From the NCBI GenBank assembly GCA_947627435.1, contig CANQWB010000003.1, forward strand, positions 5,955 to 69,954: a DNA stretch of 64,000 nt. Reading direction: 5' to 3'. The notes beneath the pieces are model-generated. The model did no database searches. It saw nothing but the letters and a program-made list of their open reading frames with translations, and was not told the origin of the DNA. Below are positions 28,484-38,788 of the stretch, piece by piece; position 1 is the stretch's first letter; the number at the start of each line of letters is the position of its first letter. The translations under genes were made by a program, and so were the position numbers. Source of the DNA: an uncultured Bacilli bacterium (GTDB lineage: Bacteria; Bacillota_I; Bacilli_A; RF39; UBA660).

Positions 28484-30646
28484 TTGGCTTATAATGAAAC
28501 TATAGGATGTGGTAACTTGAGAGAACAAATTCTAGAATTATTAAAAAGAGAAAAAATTGCTTTATCTGTAAATGAAATCAATGATGCTTTATCTTTAAAA
28601 ACAGTAGATCAATTAAAGATGTTATTAAAAGAGTTAAATGCGATGGAAGATGAATTACTCTTATATCGTACGCATAAAGATAAATATATGATATTTGAAA
28701 ATAGTCATTTGAAATTAGGACGTATGATGGCGACGAAAAAAGGATATGGGTTTGTCGATATTGAAGGGGATATTGATGTTTTTATTCCTCCAACCTGTAT
28801 GAATAACGCTATTCATGGTGATCGTGTTATTGTTGAAATTACCTCTCAAAAAGGTACTGATTTAGAAGGTCGTATTGTCAAAATTGTCGATCGTAAATTA
28901 AAACTTATGGTGGGTGAATATATAGAACAAAATGGTGTTGGAAGTATTATTTTAGATGATGAAAAAGTCAAACTGGATATTACGATACCAAAAGAACATA
29001 GTTTGGGTGCTATGAGTGGACATAAAGTACTTGTGAAAGTGACGAGTAAATTAAAGGATAACCATTATAATGGTGAAATTGTAAAAATTATTGGTCATAA
29101 AAATGACCCTGGTGTCGATATTTTATCGATTGTGAATCAGTTTGGTATACCGGATACTTTTTCCGATGAAGTGATGCAAGAACTAGAATCGATTCCAGAT
29201 CATGTAGAAGCAAAAGAAATGGAAGGTAGACGTGATCTTCGTAATGAGATGATTTTTACGATTGATGGCGATGATACCAAAGATATTGATGATGCGATAT
29301 CGGTAAAAGAATTAGAAAACGGAAATTATGAATTAGGAGTCCATATTGCGGATGTAAGTTACTATGTCAAAGAAGGAAGTAAGCTCAATGAAGAAGCTTA
29401 TGAAAGAGGGACTAGTGTTTATTTAGCAGACCGTGTTATACCTATGTTACCACATAAGTTATCTAATGGCATTTGCTCTTTAAATCCGAATGTTGACAGA
29501 TTATCTATTTCCTGTGTAATGGAAATTGACCCAAAAGGAAATATTGTTGCTTATGATATTTTTGAAAGTGTAATTCGTTCTCGTATTCAAATGACGTATA
29601 AAAAAGTGAACCAAATTTTAGAACAAAATATCATTCCAGAAGGCTATGAACCATATGCGAATACATTGCGTATGATGCAAAAATTAGCTGCTATCTTACG
29701 TCAAAACAAAATTGAAAAAGGCTACATAGATTTTGAAATTGATGAAGCGAAAATTATAGTGGATGAAAAAGGAGAAGCTATTGATGTTGTCTTAAGAGAA
29801 CGTGGTACTGGTGAGAAATTAATTGAAGACTTTATGATTGCTGCCAATGAAACGGTTGCATCTTGTATCTATTTTATGGATTTACCTTTTGTGTATCGTG
29901 TTCATGGGGAACCAAATGAAGAAAAAATTACGAAATTTTTAAATTTTGTCAGTAGTCTAGGTTACCATATTAAAGGTGATATTAAAAAAATGCATCCGAA
30001 AGTAATGCAAGATATATTAAAACAATTAAGTGATAAAAAAGAATATCATATGTTATCTTCTTTGTTATTAAGAAGTATGCAAAAAGCAATATATGATTCG
30101 AATAATATTGGACATTTTGGTTTAGCAAGTAAATGTTATACCCATTTTACATCACCAATTCGTCGTTATCCAGATACCACAGTTCATCGTTTGCTGCGTA
30201 AATATTTATTTCAACATCAAGTAAACAAAGATATGATTGATTACTGGAGTCGTGAACTACCTATTTTATGTGAACATACATCACAAAAAGAAAGAGATGC
30301 TGTTGAATGTGAACGTGAAGTAGATGATATGAAGAAAGCTGAATTCATGATGAAACATATTGGGGAAGAATATCAAGGTATGATTAGTAGTATTATGAGT
30401 TTTGGTATGTTTGTGGAATTACCTAATTTAGTAGAAGGTTTGATTCGCGTCGATGATTTAACGGATGACCATTATATCTATGATGAATCGACTTTAACAT
30501 TACGTGGTGTGAAAAATAAAAAAGGATATCGTTTAGGCGATACTGTATCTGTGATTGTAAAAGCGGCAAATAAAGAATTAAGAACAGTCGATTTTGTAAT
30601 AGCAGATGATAAAAACCATGAAAAGTATGGTAAAAAAGAATTATAA
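28484..30646 (+). CDS. rnr: Ribonuclease R
   Basis: RNB domain (FTIDGDDTKDIDDAIS, YLADRVIPMLP, HFGLASKCYTHFTSPIRRYPD) plus a C-terminal S1 domain. The exact start is uncertain. Confidence 0.9.
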   Translation: MAYNETIGCGNLREQILELLKREKIALSVNEINDALSLKTVDQLKMLLKELNAMEDELLLYRTHKDKYMIFENSHLKLGRMMATKKGYGFVDIEGDIDVFIPPTCMNNAIHGDRVIVEITSQKGTDLEGRIVKIVDRKLKLMVGEYIEQNGVGSIILDDEKVKLDITIPKEHSLGAMSGHKVLVKVTSKLKDNHYNGEIVKIIGHKNDPGVDILSIVNQFGIPDTFSDEVMQELESIPDHVEAKEMEGRRDLRNEMIFTIDGDDTKDIDDAISVKELENGNYELGVHIADVSYYVKEGSKLNEEAYERGTSVYLADRVIPMLPHKLSNGICSLNPNVDRLSISCVMEIDPKGNIVAYDIFESVIRSRIQMTYKKVNQILEQNIIPEGYEPYANTLRMMQKLAAILRQNKIEKGYIDFEIDEAKIIVDEKGEAIDVVLRERGTGEKLIEDFMIAANETVASCIYFMDLPFVYRVHGEPNEEKITKFLNFVSSLGYHIKGDIKKMHPKVMQDILKQLSDKKEYHMLSSLLLRSMQKAIYDSNNIGHFGLASKCYTHFTSPIRRYPDTTVHRLLRKYLFQHQVNKDMIDYWSRELPILCEHTSQKERDAVECEREVDDMKKAEFMMKHIGEEYQGMISSIMSFGMFVELPNLVEGLIRVDDLTDDHYIYDESTLTLRGVKNKKGYRLGDTVSVIVKAANKELRTVDFVIADDKNHEKYGKKEL

Positions 30647-30669
30647 ATTTTCATCTTGGGGGTGAATAT

Positions 30670-31110
30670 ATGATAGAGATCAACAACCGCAAAGCAAGAT
30701 ATGATTATGAAATTGTAGCAACTTATGAGGCCGGTATTGTTTTAACGGGAACAGAAATCAAATCTATTCGTAACGGTAATGCCAATTTAAAAGATAGTTA
30801 TGCAATTATAAAAAATGGAGAAATATTTATTTTAGGAATGCATATTAGTGCTTATAAAGAAGGTAATATATTTAATCATGAGGAACGAAGAACTAGAAAG
30901 TTGCTGTTACATAAAAAAGAGATTTGGAAAATTAGAGATGCGGTAGAAATAGATGGCTATACTTTAATTCCTATTAAACTTTATTTTGTAAAAAATCATG
31001 CGAAGTTATTATTAGGAGTCGCAAAGGGTAAAAAGTTATACGATAAAAGAGAAAGTATCAAAAAACGAGATATGGAAAGAGAAATTAGAAAGCAACAAAA
31101 GTCTTTCTAA
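30670..31110 (+). CDS. smpB: SsrA-binding protein SmpB
   Basis: NNRKARYDYEI...GTEIKSIR...HISAY...RTRKLLLHKKEI. Confidence 0.95.
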   Translation: MIEINNRKARYDYEIVATYEAGIVLTGTEIKSIRNGNANLKDSYAIIKNGEIFILGMHISAYKEGNIFNHEERRTRKLLLHKKEIWKIRDAVEIDGYTLIPIKLYFVKNHAKLLLGVAKGKKLYDKRESIKKRDMEREIRKQQKSF

Positions 31111-31163
31111 TTTTTTCTTTGACAAATACGTAAAATAGATTATAATAATAAATACCTGAAGAG

Positions 31164-31982
31164 GTGATTATAGTGACAAAAGAAAAATATCAAATGTCTA
31201 GAACAATTATACATTTGTATCAGAAACTTGCAGACTTAGAAAAACAAAATAAAAAAGATACAAATGAATATAGAAATTTAGTTTCTCTTTTACCATTGTG
31301 TGTTCAAATTGAAAAACAAGAACTGGAACAGCAAACATATTTAGAGGAAGAAGATGAAAAATTAAATGCATATCTTGATACACAACTGGAGAGTATGAGT
31401 GGTTATTTTAAAATGATTCCTGAAAATTTTTTGTTACTACTTCGTGTTTTTGAACATAAAGACCAAGATTTTGAAAATACAATTTATAATATGGATGATA
31501 ATATATCAGTCAATTTACAAGAAAATCTAATGACAGAGATTATAAAATGTTTAAAATCAAACATGTTAACACCAGTACAAAGAAATTATTTAATTGATTA
31601 TCAATATATGTTATTATCTTATATGCCCAATTTGGAAGAAAAAATATTATTTAATGACCCTATGATGGCATATAGTTTTTATGAAATTCCACTATCAGAT
31701 TTATATGAGCTTGTATTACCTACACTAGAAGATGTAACAAAATATTTGTTATCCCTTACAGATAATACAATGAAAAATGAAACTATCATTCTCATTTTAT
31801 ATATAAAGGTATTATTGAAAATATTACCAGATGATTTGCGTAAGGAAAAATTGGAAGAAATGAAAAAAACGATAGGAGTAAATTTGGTATTATCATATAC
31901 AAGTGGAACCAATCGACATAAACTTTATGAAATAATATTTAATATTTTAGAGTTAAAAACACCTACTAAAACGTTAAAATAG
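31164..31982 (+). CDS. Hypothetical protein
   Basis: ORF between smpB and ssrA. No motif recognised. Confidence 0.4.
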   Translation: MIIVTKEKYQMSRTIIHLYQKLADLEKQNKKDTNEYRNLVSLLPLCVQIEKQELEQQTYLEEEDEKLNAYLDTQLESMSGYFKMIPENFLLLLRVFEHKDQDFENTIYNMDDNISVNLQENLMTEIIKCLKSNMLTPVQRNYLIDYQYMLLSYMPNLEEKILFNDPMMAYSFYEIPLSDLYELVLPTLEDVTKYLLSLTDNTMKNETIILILYIKVLLKILPDDLRKEKLEEMKKTIGVNLVLSYTSGTNRHKLYEIIFNILELKTPTKTLK

Positions 31983-32011
31983 TTGTTTTTCGACTAAATA
32001 TATGCTATAAT
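31983..32011 (+). promoter_or_regulatory. ssrA promoter
   Basis: TTGTTT, 17-nt spacer, TATAAT (32006-32011) with an extended TG at 32003-32004. It lies 10 nt upstream of the mature 5' end. Confidence 0.5.
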
Positions 32012-32020
32012 CGCATGTAC

Positions 32021-32398
32021 GGGGCTGCTTTGGTTTCGACGGATATATTCCGCTTCCAGTTGCAAGTGGGAGGTACACCTTACGTACAAATAAAAATAAA
32101 CGCAAACAAATTAAAAAATACATTCGCTACTTTATTCACTAAGAATACTGTAGCCTTCGCCTAATCGGATTTAGGAAATGTGCTTTCTTTTATCCTTTTC
32201 CTACGGGGATTTAAGAAGGCTCGATTAAGTAGGATATGTTGTTATTTTGCTCAGTGATAACAATGAATTTTATGAGCTTACTAATATATGGGTTGTTGGT
32301 TACTAACATATATTAGAAAATAAAATAACCAACTAAACTTGTAGAAGCTGTTGGTAGGGTATTTTCGGACAGGAGTTCAATTCTCCTCAGCTCCACCA
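32021..32398 (+). ncRNA. ssrA: tmRNA (SsrA)
   Basis: The 5' GGGGCUG pairs with the 3' CAGCUCC (including the G3:U pair), followed by ACCA. T-arm GGAGTTCAATTCTCC. Tag ORF 32102-32164 reads GCA AAC...GCC TTC GCC TAA = ANKLKNTFATLFTKNTVAFA. It follows smpB. Confidence 0.9.
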
Positions 32399-32519
32399 GA
32401 TTGATAGGAAACTCGGACTTTGATTGTTCGAGTTTTAAAATGTTTTAATTTATGTTAAAATATTTATAGATTTTAATTGATATGCTTGTCAATTTAGAAA
32501 ACACACTTGCAAATTGACA
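32394..32519 (+). repeat. Repeat unit copy 1 (native ssrA 3' flank)
   Basis: CACCAGATTGATAGGAAACTCGGACTT plus hairpin, extended -10 TGtTAAAAT (32453-32461), and the 33-nt motif TGTCAATTTAGAAAACACACTTGCAAATTGACA (32487-32519). Confidence 0.85.
32409..32436 (+). terminator. ssrA terminator hairpin
   Basis: AAACTCGGAC tttgatt GTTCGAGTTT, then T and AAAA. The hairpin is retained, with G:U-compatible changes, in the downstream repeat copies. Confidence 0.5.
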
Positions 32520-32559
32520 TAGTAAATTAATATTAATTTAAAATATGGAGGTTAAAAAT

Positions 32560-33264
32560 ATGACAAAATTAAACAAACCTATTATTGGGATTGTTAGTAA
32601 ACCATCTATAGAAACTGATATGTGGCATTATATGGAAATTGTTGATAATATAAGATATGTCCTTGTGCAAAATGGTGCTTTAGTTATTGGATTATTACCA
32701 ACAGATAAAAAACTAGATTTTAAAATTGATGAAGAAATAGACAGTTGTATCTTGACTAATGAGGAAAAAGAAGATTTAGAAAATATACTTTCAAAATTAG
32801 ATGGCGTAGTATTAGAGGGTGGATTAGTAAGCAATCAATATGAAGAAGAAATAGCTAGAATTTGCATTAAAAGAGATATTCCAATTTTAGGTATATGTTC
32901 AGGATTTAATAATTTAATTAGAGCATTAGGTGGCTATGTTCGTATGGATTCTAATATTTTTCATAATCAATTTGGTTCAAAAGTTGCACATGAAGTAAAT
33001 TTAATCGAAAATTCAAAATTGTTTAATATTTTAAAAAGCAAAAAATTAATTGTTAATAGTATACATACATTTACGGCAATTGAAGAAGAAATAAAAGAAT
33101 ATAAAGTTGTAGCAAAATGTCCATTAGATAACACAGTTGAAGCAATAGAACTTGAAAATAAAAGATTTGTAATGGGTATAAAATGGCATCCTGAATTAAT
33201 GGAATCTATGAATCTAATATTTGAAAAGTTTGTCGAGGAGTGTGGTAAAAAGTACGATATATAA
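32560..33264 (+). CDS. Class I glutamine amidotransferase-like / peptidase C26 (gamma-glutamyl hydrolase type)
   Basis: Nucleophile elbow ILGICSGFNNL and GIKWHPE (His-Glu). GGAGG RBS before ATG 32560. Confidence 0.75.
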   Translation: MTKLNKPIIGIVSKPSIETDMWHYMEIVDNIRYVLVQNGALVIGLLPTDKKLDFKIDEEIDSCILTNEEKEDLENILSKLDGVVLEGGLVSNQYEEEIARICIKRDIPILGICSGFNNLIRALGGYVRMDSNIFHNQFGSKVAHEVNLIENSKLFNILKSKKLIVNSIHTFTAIEEEIKEYKVVAKCPLDNTVEAIELENKRFVMGIKWHPELMESMNLIFEKFVEECGKKYDI

Positions 33265-33289
33265 GGGATATAAAATAAAAGTTAGATGT

Positions 33290-33420
33290 ATTGATAGGAA
33301 ACTCGAACTTTCTATGTTATTATAGAAATTTGAGTTTTATATTGTCTAAAATTTTGATATAATATTGATATAATAATAAATTGAGTTTGTCAATTTAGAA
33401 AACACACTTGCATATTGTCA
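33290..33420 (+). repeat. Repeat unit copy 2
   Basis: ATTGATAGGAAACTCGAACTT plus a long hairpin, extended -10 TGaTATAAT (33355-33363), and the 33-nt motif at 33388-33420 (30/33 identical to copy 1). Confidence 0.8.
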
Positions 33421-33456
33421 TAGATAATTTATATGTAATACGAGGAGATAATAGAT

Positions 33457-34368
33457 ATGAAAGAAGAAATACTCAATTTTTATAAAAGAACAAGTTTATA
33501 CACAGATTTAGGACTATACAAGAACTTTGCTATAAATTTACCAAACGATATAAAAGAATTATGTTTATTACAAAGAAACCAAATTATTCATCCCTTTGAT
33601 TTATATGATGAAAAAATGAGAAATGATGCCAATTCTTTTTATGGCGATATGACTAAAATTAGCAAAACTAGTTTAAACTATGAAAATGATTTATTCCCTA
33701 CGGCTCAATCTATGATAGCAGAACTTTTAAGAAGAAATGAGAATTATTCTAAAGATAGGAAAATAGAGGATAAAATTCATGTATGTTGTAGAGAGCAGGC
33801 AATTTTACTTACAAGTATTCTAAAAGCAAAAGGATTTTCTGCACGTGTTCGTAGTGGATTTACAACTTACTGCAATATCTCAAATAAAGAAGCCGGCGAT
33901 CATTGGATATGTGAATATTATAATGATAAAGAAAAAAGATGGGTTCTAGTAGATGCAGATATGTACTTTGATGATGATACATTATTAGAATACCATATTG
34001 ATTTTAATTTATTAGATGTACCAAGAAATAAATTTATATTTGGGGCAGAAGCTTATTTGGGATTAAGAAATGGAAAATATAGCGATAATGAGATATATTA
34101 TACATCATCTCCAAAAACTATAGGTATTAAAGCAGCTTTACATGGCTTATTTTATGATTTTCATTCTCTTATGAATGATGAAATAATTTTTCTGCATTTA
34201 CCTAAGTATATTTTAGATAAAGATTTAAATTTAACCGAAGATGAATTAAAAGAGTTAGATGATTTAGCTACTTTAATGTTAGAACCAGATATTAACTTTT
34301 TTAAACTAAGAGAAATTTGGAATAACAATATAAAGTATAGAATAATGTCAGGTGGTTTAAACGTCTAA
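33457..34368 (+). CDS. Transglutaminase-like cysteine protease-fold protein
   Basis: Cys-His-Asp arrangement CREQAILLTSILKAKG...GDHWICEYY...RWVLVDAD. Confidence 0.7.
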   Translation: MKEEILNFYKRTSLYTDLGLYKNFAINLPNDIKELCLLQRNQIIHPFDLYDEKMRNDANSFYGDMTKISKTSLNYENDLFPTAQSMIAELLRRNENYSKDRKIEDKIHVCCREQAILLTSILKAKGFSARVRSGFTTYCNISNKEAGDHWICEYYNDKEKRWVLVDADMYFDDDTLLEYHIDFNLLDVPRNKFIFGAEAYLGLRNGKYSDNEIYYTSSPKTIGIKAALHGLFYDFHSLMNDEIIFLHLPKYILDKDLNLTEDELKELDDLATLMLEPDINFFKLREIWNNNIKYRIMSGGLNV

Positions 34369-34380
34369 CTTTATTAAAAA

Positions 34381-34440
34381 GTTGTTGTACTTCTTCCATT
34401 AGGGCACCATTGGAAATCTGTTCGAACTATTCGAACTTTT
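34381..34440 (+). repeat. Repeat unit copy 3 (degenerate; cassette-end motif plus diverged core)
   Basis: GTTGTTGTACTTCTTCCATTAGGGCACCA, followed by TTGGAAATCTGTTCGAACTATTCGAACTTTT. No promoter or leader part. Confidence 0.6.
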
Positions 34441-34499
34441 GATATAGGAATCAATCGAAAGATTGGTTTTTTTGTTAGAAAAAATCATAGTCGGAAAGG

Positions 34500-34784
34500 T
34501 TGGTGTCTATGGTAAATATAATTAAAAAAGAAATTGATATGGAAGAATCTTTAAAGAAAAGAATTGAGATTATTTGTGATTTTTGTAATACTATTCCAAT
34601 ATTTATTAATGGTAGTATTCGTAAAATTGATAAGACAAACTTATCTTATATCGAACCTCATAGAATAATCATTAATAACAATATGTTTCTTGCCTTTAAC
34701 TATTCAAATGAAATTTATATCAATAACTTAAGTAAAAAGATTAAAATATCAGAACTTGAAAACTATATTAAGACTATGAACTAA
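34500..34784 (+). CDS. Hypothetical small protein
   Basis: ORF with a GGAAAGG RBS-like sequence. No motif recognised. Confidence 0.3.
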   Translation: MVSMVNIIKKEIDMEESLKKRIEIICDFCNTIPIFINGSIRKIDKTNLSYIEPHRIIINNNMFLAFNYSNEIYINNLSKKIKISELENYIKTMN

Positions 34785-34904
34785 TACTTTATACCACGAA
34801 CAAAACATAGACAAAATAAAAATTTTGTTGTATTATGTAAATGATTTAAAAATACTTACCGAGAAGTAAAAGTATTAGTTAGTAGTACCTTTACTTCTCT
34901 TTTT

Positions 34905-35793
34905 TTGAAAATAAGGGATACCAAAGATATGGAATTTAAAAAACGAATGACAAATGTTTTTAAAGAACAAGTTAACGATTTAGAAATACTTGTTCCAAAT
35001 TTTAAAATAGCAAGTGCAATTATTCATTATGATGAAACAAGTCCGCACCTTCATATTGTTGGTGTACCTGTTAAAATTGGTGGTAAAAATGGTATGAGTA
35101 AACAAGTTGGAAAAACTGAAGTATTTTACAAAAGAATCACTTCGTAAATTGCAAGATAAAATGAGAATTTTATGTATTGAAGAATTTAATAAAGAATATG
35201 GCTTAAATGATAAATTAAAAACGAAAAAGAAAGGTAGAAATAAAGATTATTATATATCTGAAATGGATAATTATGAACAAATGCAAGAACAACTAGAAAA
35301 AAATCAAGAAAAGTTAGAAATAGCAAGTAAAAAAGCCATAGAACTTGATAACTCTTCTAAAGAAGTAAAAGATATTATAAATGATTTAAAAACTACTCTA
35401 ACTTCTAAAGAAAAATATGTGTTAAAAAAAGAAGACAAAGATAAATTAGTATCTTATATTAATTCAGTTAGTAAAACAAATGAAGAATTTAAACAAATTC
35501 AAACTTTATCAGTTACATTAAGTAATGTTGATGAGGAATTAAAAGAAGAAAACTATTCTTTAAAATCTAGTATTGAACATTTGATAAATAAATTTACTAA
35601 TCTAATTAAACTTATTAAAAATAAGATATTCTCTAAACATGATACAAGAGAAAAATATATGGAGTTTTCAAGAGATTTATACACTCATGGTATCATCGAA
35701 GATAAAGAGATAAGAGATATTAAAGATAATTATGATTATTGTCAAAATCGTGACAATGGCAGAAATAAAGATGATTTTGAGATAGAAATATAG
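34905..35793 (+). pseudogene. MOBV (Pre/Mob) relaxase remnant: N-terminally truncated and frameshifted
   Basis: Motif III HYDETSPHLHIVGVPV is present. The N-terminal catalytic region is missing. The frame switches between 35107 and 35147. The C-terminus is a coiled coil. Confidence 0.65.
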
Positions 35794-35848
35794 TAAAAAA
35801 GTTGATTTTATAGTATAATACTTATCAACTTGATTTGGAGTGTTTAAG

Positions 35849-37315
35849 ATGAAGTTATATATACAGATGGTTAAATTATTATTTGATAAATTTATTCTTC
35901 GAAAAAATAATGGAATTGTGATAAAAGAATTTTCTGAAAAGATGGGAGTTGTTTATATTAAATTAGCTCAAATATTAGCAACTCAAAACTATGGTAATTT
36001 ATTTACTGAAGAAGATAGAAAAATGTTATCTAGCATTTGTGATGACTGTAACCCCATTACTTATGATGAAATCGAAGAAATATTAAAAAAGGAATATAGG
36101 ACAGATTTAAACAATATATTTAGTTTTATTGAAAAAGAACCAATTGGTTCGGCATCAGTATCACAAGTTCATAGAGCAATATTAGCAACTGGTGAGGAAG
36201 TTGCAATAAAAATTAAAAGAAAGGATATTACTAATAATATTGATGATGATATAAAAAGAATTAGAGCAATAATTCATAGATTTGGTAAAGTAATAAAGTT
36301 TAGTAATTTTACGGGTGGAGATCATGCACTAGATTTATATTTGGAATGGATAAAACAAGAAACTGATTTTAGCCATGAAAGAGAAAATATTAAAACATAT
36401 CAAAACTTTGCAAACAGTGTTAATGGTAAAGTAAGCAACACAAAATTGATTAAAGTTCCTAAATTGTATGAGCAATACTGTACTGATAATGTAATTGTTA
36501 TGGAATTTATTAAAACTAAAACTGTTAACAAAACAGAATTAACAGAAGAAAATAAAAAAAGAATTATTATTGCAATAAATAGTTATATAAGGTCTAGTTT
36601 TTGGGCTATGTTTAATGACAAACAAATTGTTTTTCACGGAGATCCACATAGTGGCAATATTTGTATAGATGAAAATGGTAATATTTGTTTCTTAGATATG
36701 GGACTTTTATGTGTTTTAAGTGAAAGTGATGCTAAATTATGTAGAAAATTCTTTTTAACTGCATATTCTGGAAATTATGAAAAATTATATGATATGTTAG
36801 TTATTTATGGTGATATGAGTGAAGAAAAAAAAGCATCATTTAAAGAAGAATGCAAAAAATATTGTAGAAATGTAAAAGATAAAGATGTAACTTTTTATTT
36901 TATTGATATGATTAATGTTTGTTTAAACTATGAATTTGTTCCACCTGATTTTTTATTTAGTATGGCAAAAGCATTTATTTGTTTAAATGGAATCAGTAAT
37001 TTTACTGAAAATAAATGCACTGCAAAAGAATTATTACAAGAGCAAACAATTGAATTTATGGTAAAAAGAAGTTTAAAAGATTGTAAAGATATCGTCATTG
37101 ATAGTTTATCTATTGCTCCAAAAGCATTAGAAAATACTATACAATATGGATTAGTTAATACAGTTGCTAAAGCATCAACTAGTAGTGAGCTAAGAGAAAA
37201 TCTAAGAAGGTCTTTAGAAAATTTAAAGGAAATGCTAGATTTAATAAAATCATCTTATAGTGAAGATGTACAAAGTCAACCAGAGCAACTAAATCAAAGA
37301 ACAAAACATTTATAG
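35849..37315 (+). CDS. ABC1/UbiB (AarF) atypical kinase family protein
   Basis: IGSASVSQVHRAILATGEEVAIKIKR, HGDPHSGNI, FLDMG. GGAG RBS before ATG 35849. Confidence 0.8.
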   Translation: MKLYIQMVKLLFDKFILRKNNGIVIKEFSEKMGVVYIKLAQILATQNYGNLFTEEDRKMLSSICDDCNPITYDEIEEILKKEYRTDLNNIFSFIEKEPIGSASVSQVHRAILATGEEVAIKIKRKDITNNIDDDIKRIRAIIHRFGKVIKFSNFTGGDHALDLYLEWIKQETDFSHERENIKTYQNFANSVNGKVSNTKLIKVPKLYEQYCTDNVIVMEFIKTKTVNKTELTEENKKRIIIAINSYIRSSFWAMFNDKQIVFHGDPHSGNICIDENGNICFLDMGLLCVLSESDAKLCRKFFLTAYSGNYEKLYDMLVIYGDMSEEKKASFKEECKKYCRNVKDKDVTFYFIDMINVCLNYEFVPPDFLFSMAKAFICLNGISNFTENKCTAKELLQEQTIEFMVKRSLKDCKDIVIDSLSIAPKALENTIQYGLVNTVAKASTSSELRENLRRSLENLKEMLDLIKSSYSEDVQSQPEQLNQRTKHL

Positions 37316-37413
37316 AATAATTTATAATAAAGTAGCGTGAATGTGTTGCTACTTTTTCTTTTTTTTTGATAAACTATATTTAGTGATTGATTCATAAATC
37401 ACCTTTGGAAAAA

Positions 37414-37562
37414 GTTGCAGATAACTTTCTCAACCGCACCAGATTGATAGGAAACTCGGACTTATATTGTTCGAGTTTTAAATTGTTTAAAAGTATGTTA
37501 TAATAATCCATAAATTTAAATTGATTGTTTGTCAATTAAGAAAACATACTTGAATATTGACT
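37414..37562 (+). repeat. Repeat unit copy 4
   Basis: Diverged cassette-end motif GTTGCAGATAACTTTCTCAACCGCACCA, a perfect 27-nt copy of the ssrA core (37437-37463), the hairpin, TGtTATAAT (37496-37504), and the 33-nt motif at 37530-37562. Confidence 0.85.
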
Positions 37563-37594
37563 ATTTAATATGTGTATTAAATGTAGGTGATAAT

Positions 37595-38539
37595 ATGAGC
37601 CAAGACTTCAGTAAAATTATGCATTGGGCCATTAGAAGATGTGAAGGAAAAATAGATGTTGAGGATGGTGCACAAAAAAATTGCTTTTATCAAATTTATC
37701 CTTTTACAACAGAAAATATATCAGGTTATATTAATGAATTTGACCTAAAAGATAAATCATTATTAACTGTAGGATCTTCTGGAGATCAAGTCATAAATGC
37801 AATTTTATATGGATGCCAAGATATTTCTATATTAGATGTTAATCCATACACAAAATTTTATTATTATTTAAAAACAGCTAGTATATTAAATTTAGAATTA
37901 AAAGAATTCATGTTATTTTTAAGATTTAAAGATTATCCTAATGTTTTTAAGGATAATAAATTTGTTTTTAATAAAGAACTATATAATAAAGTAAAATTAA
38001 CATTACGCTTGCTTGATTATGAATCGTATCTATTTTGGGATGAATTATTTAATACTTTTAAACCTGTAGATATAAGAAATAATCTGTTTTCTTTAGATGA
38101 AGATAGAACCAATGTTATATTAGGTTGTAACCCATATTTAAAGAATTTAACATATTATGAAAAAACAAGAGATAAAATTCAAAAAATATTTCCTCATTTT
38201 ATAACCGGTGATTTGTTTAAAATAAATTTGATAAGAAATTATGATAATATTTGGTTGTCAAACATAGGAACATATTTACCTAGACATTTTGTGAAAATTA
38301 TGACTGATAAATTAGCAGAATCATTAACTCAAAATGGAAAACTTTTAATTAGTTATCTATATCAAACAACCGCAAATACAGAATACGAAGATGGTTGGTG
38401 TTTAATATATGATTTAGAAAAAACTTTTAATATTTTAAGAGAATATAATCCAAATTTGATATCTTTCATGGGAGTAGATGGATTAAAGTTTCAAGATTCG
38501 AATATAAAAGATTCTATATTAGTCTATAAAAAAAATTAA
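37595..38539 (+). CDS. DUF3419/BtaA-like putative SAM-binding protein
   Basis: LLTVGSSGDQVINAIL...ISILDVNPYTKFYYYLK resembles the Rossmann/SAM motif of that family. The likely start is ATG 37595; the ORF-track TTG at 37529 lies inside the repeat motif. Confidence 0.55.
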   Translation: MSQDFSKIMHWAIRRCEGKIDVEDGAQKNCFYQIYPFTTENISGYINEFDLKDKSLLTVGSSGDQVINAILYGCQDISILDVNPYTKFYYYLKTASILNLELKEFMLFLRFKDYPNVFKDNKFVFNKELYNKVKLTLRLLDYESYLFWDELFNTFKPVDIRNNLFSLDEDRTNVILGCNPYLKNLTYYEKTRDKIQKIFPHFITGDLFKINLIRNYDNIWLSNIGTYLPRHFVKIMTDKLAESLTQNGKLLISYLYQTTANTEYEDGWCLIYDLEKTFNILREYNPNLISFMGVDGLKFQDSNIKDSILVYKKN

Positions 38540-38545
38540 TAAATA

Positions 38546-38691
38546 GTTGTCGTACTTCTTCTTTTAGGGCACCAGATTGATTGATACTCGGACTATTATA
38601 GTTCGAGTTTTAATATGTTAGAATTTATGCTTTTTTTTATAAATTGAATTGATATGCATGTCAATTTAGAAAACACACTTGCATATTTTCA
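38546..38691 (+). repeat. Repeat unit copy 5
   Basis: GTTGTCGTACTTCTTCTTTTAGGGCACCAGATTGATTGATACTCGGACT, the hairpin, TGtTAGAAT (38616-38624), and the 33-nt motif at 38659-38691. Confidence 0.85.
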
Positions 38692-38788
38692 AACAATAGG
38701 TGTAGAATAATAATCGTTTTAGACTACATAAAATTATTTCAATTATTTAAGAAATATAGTATAATACGTCTATAAGGGAGGTTTTATA

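Noticed and set aside
32486-32519. Reading the 33-nt motif itself as a -35/-10 promoter (TTGTCA-17-GCAAAT, or TTGACA followed by a downstream -10)
   Set aside because: The candidate -10 hexamers are poor (GCAAAT, GCATAT, GAATAT), and spacing to any downstream -10 is inconsistent between copies. The conserved upstream TGnTAnAAT is the better promoter, so the motif is treated as a leader or operator.
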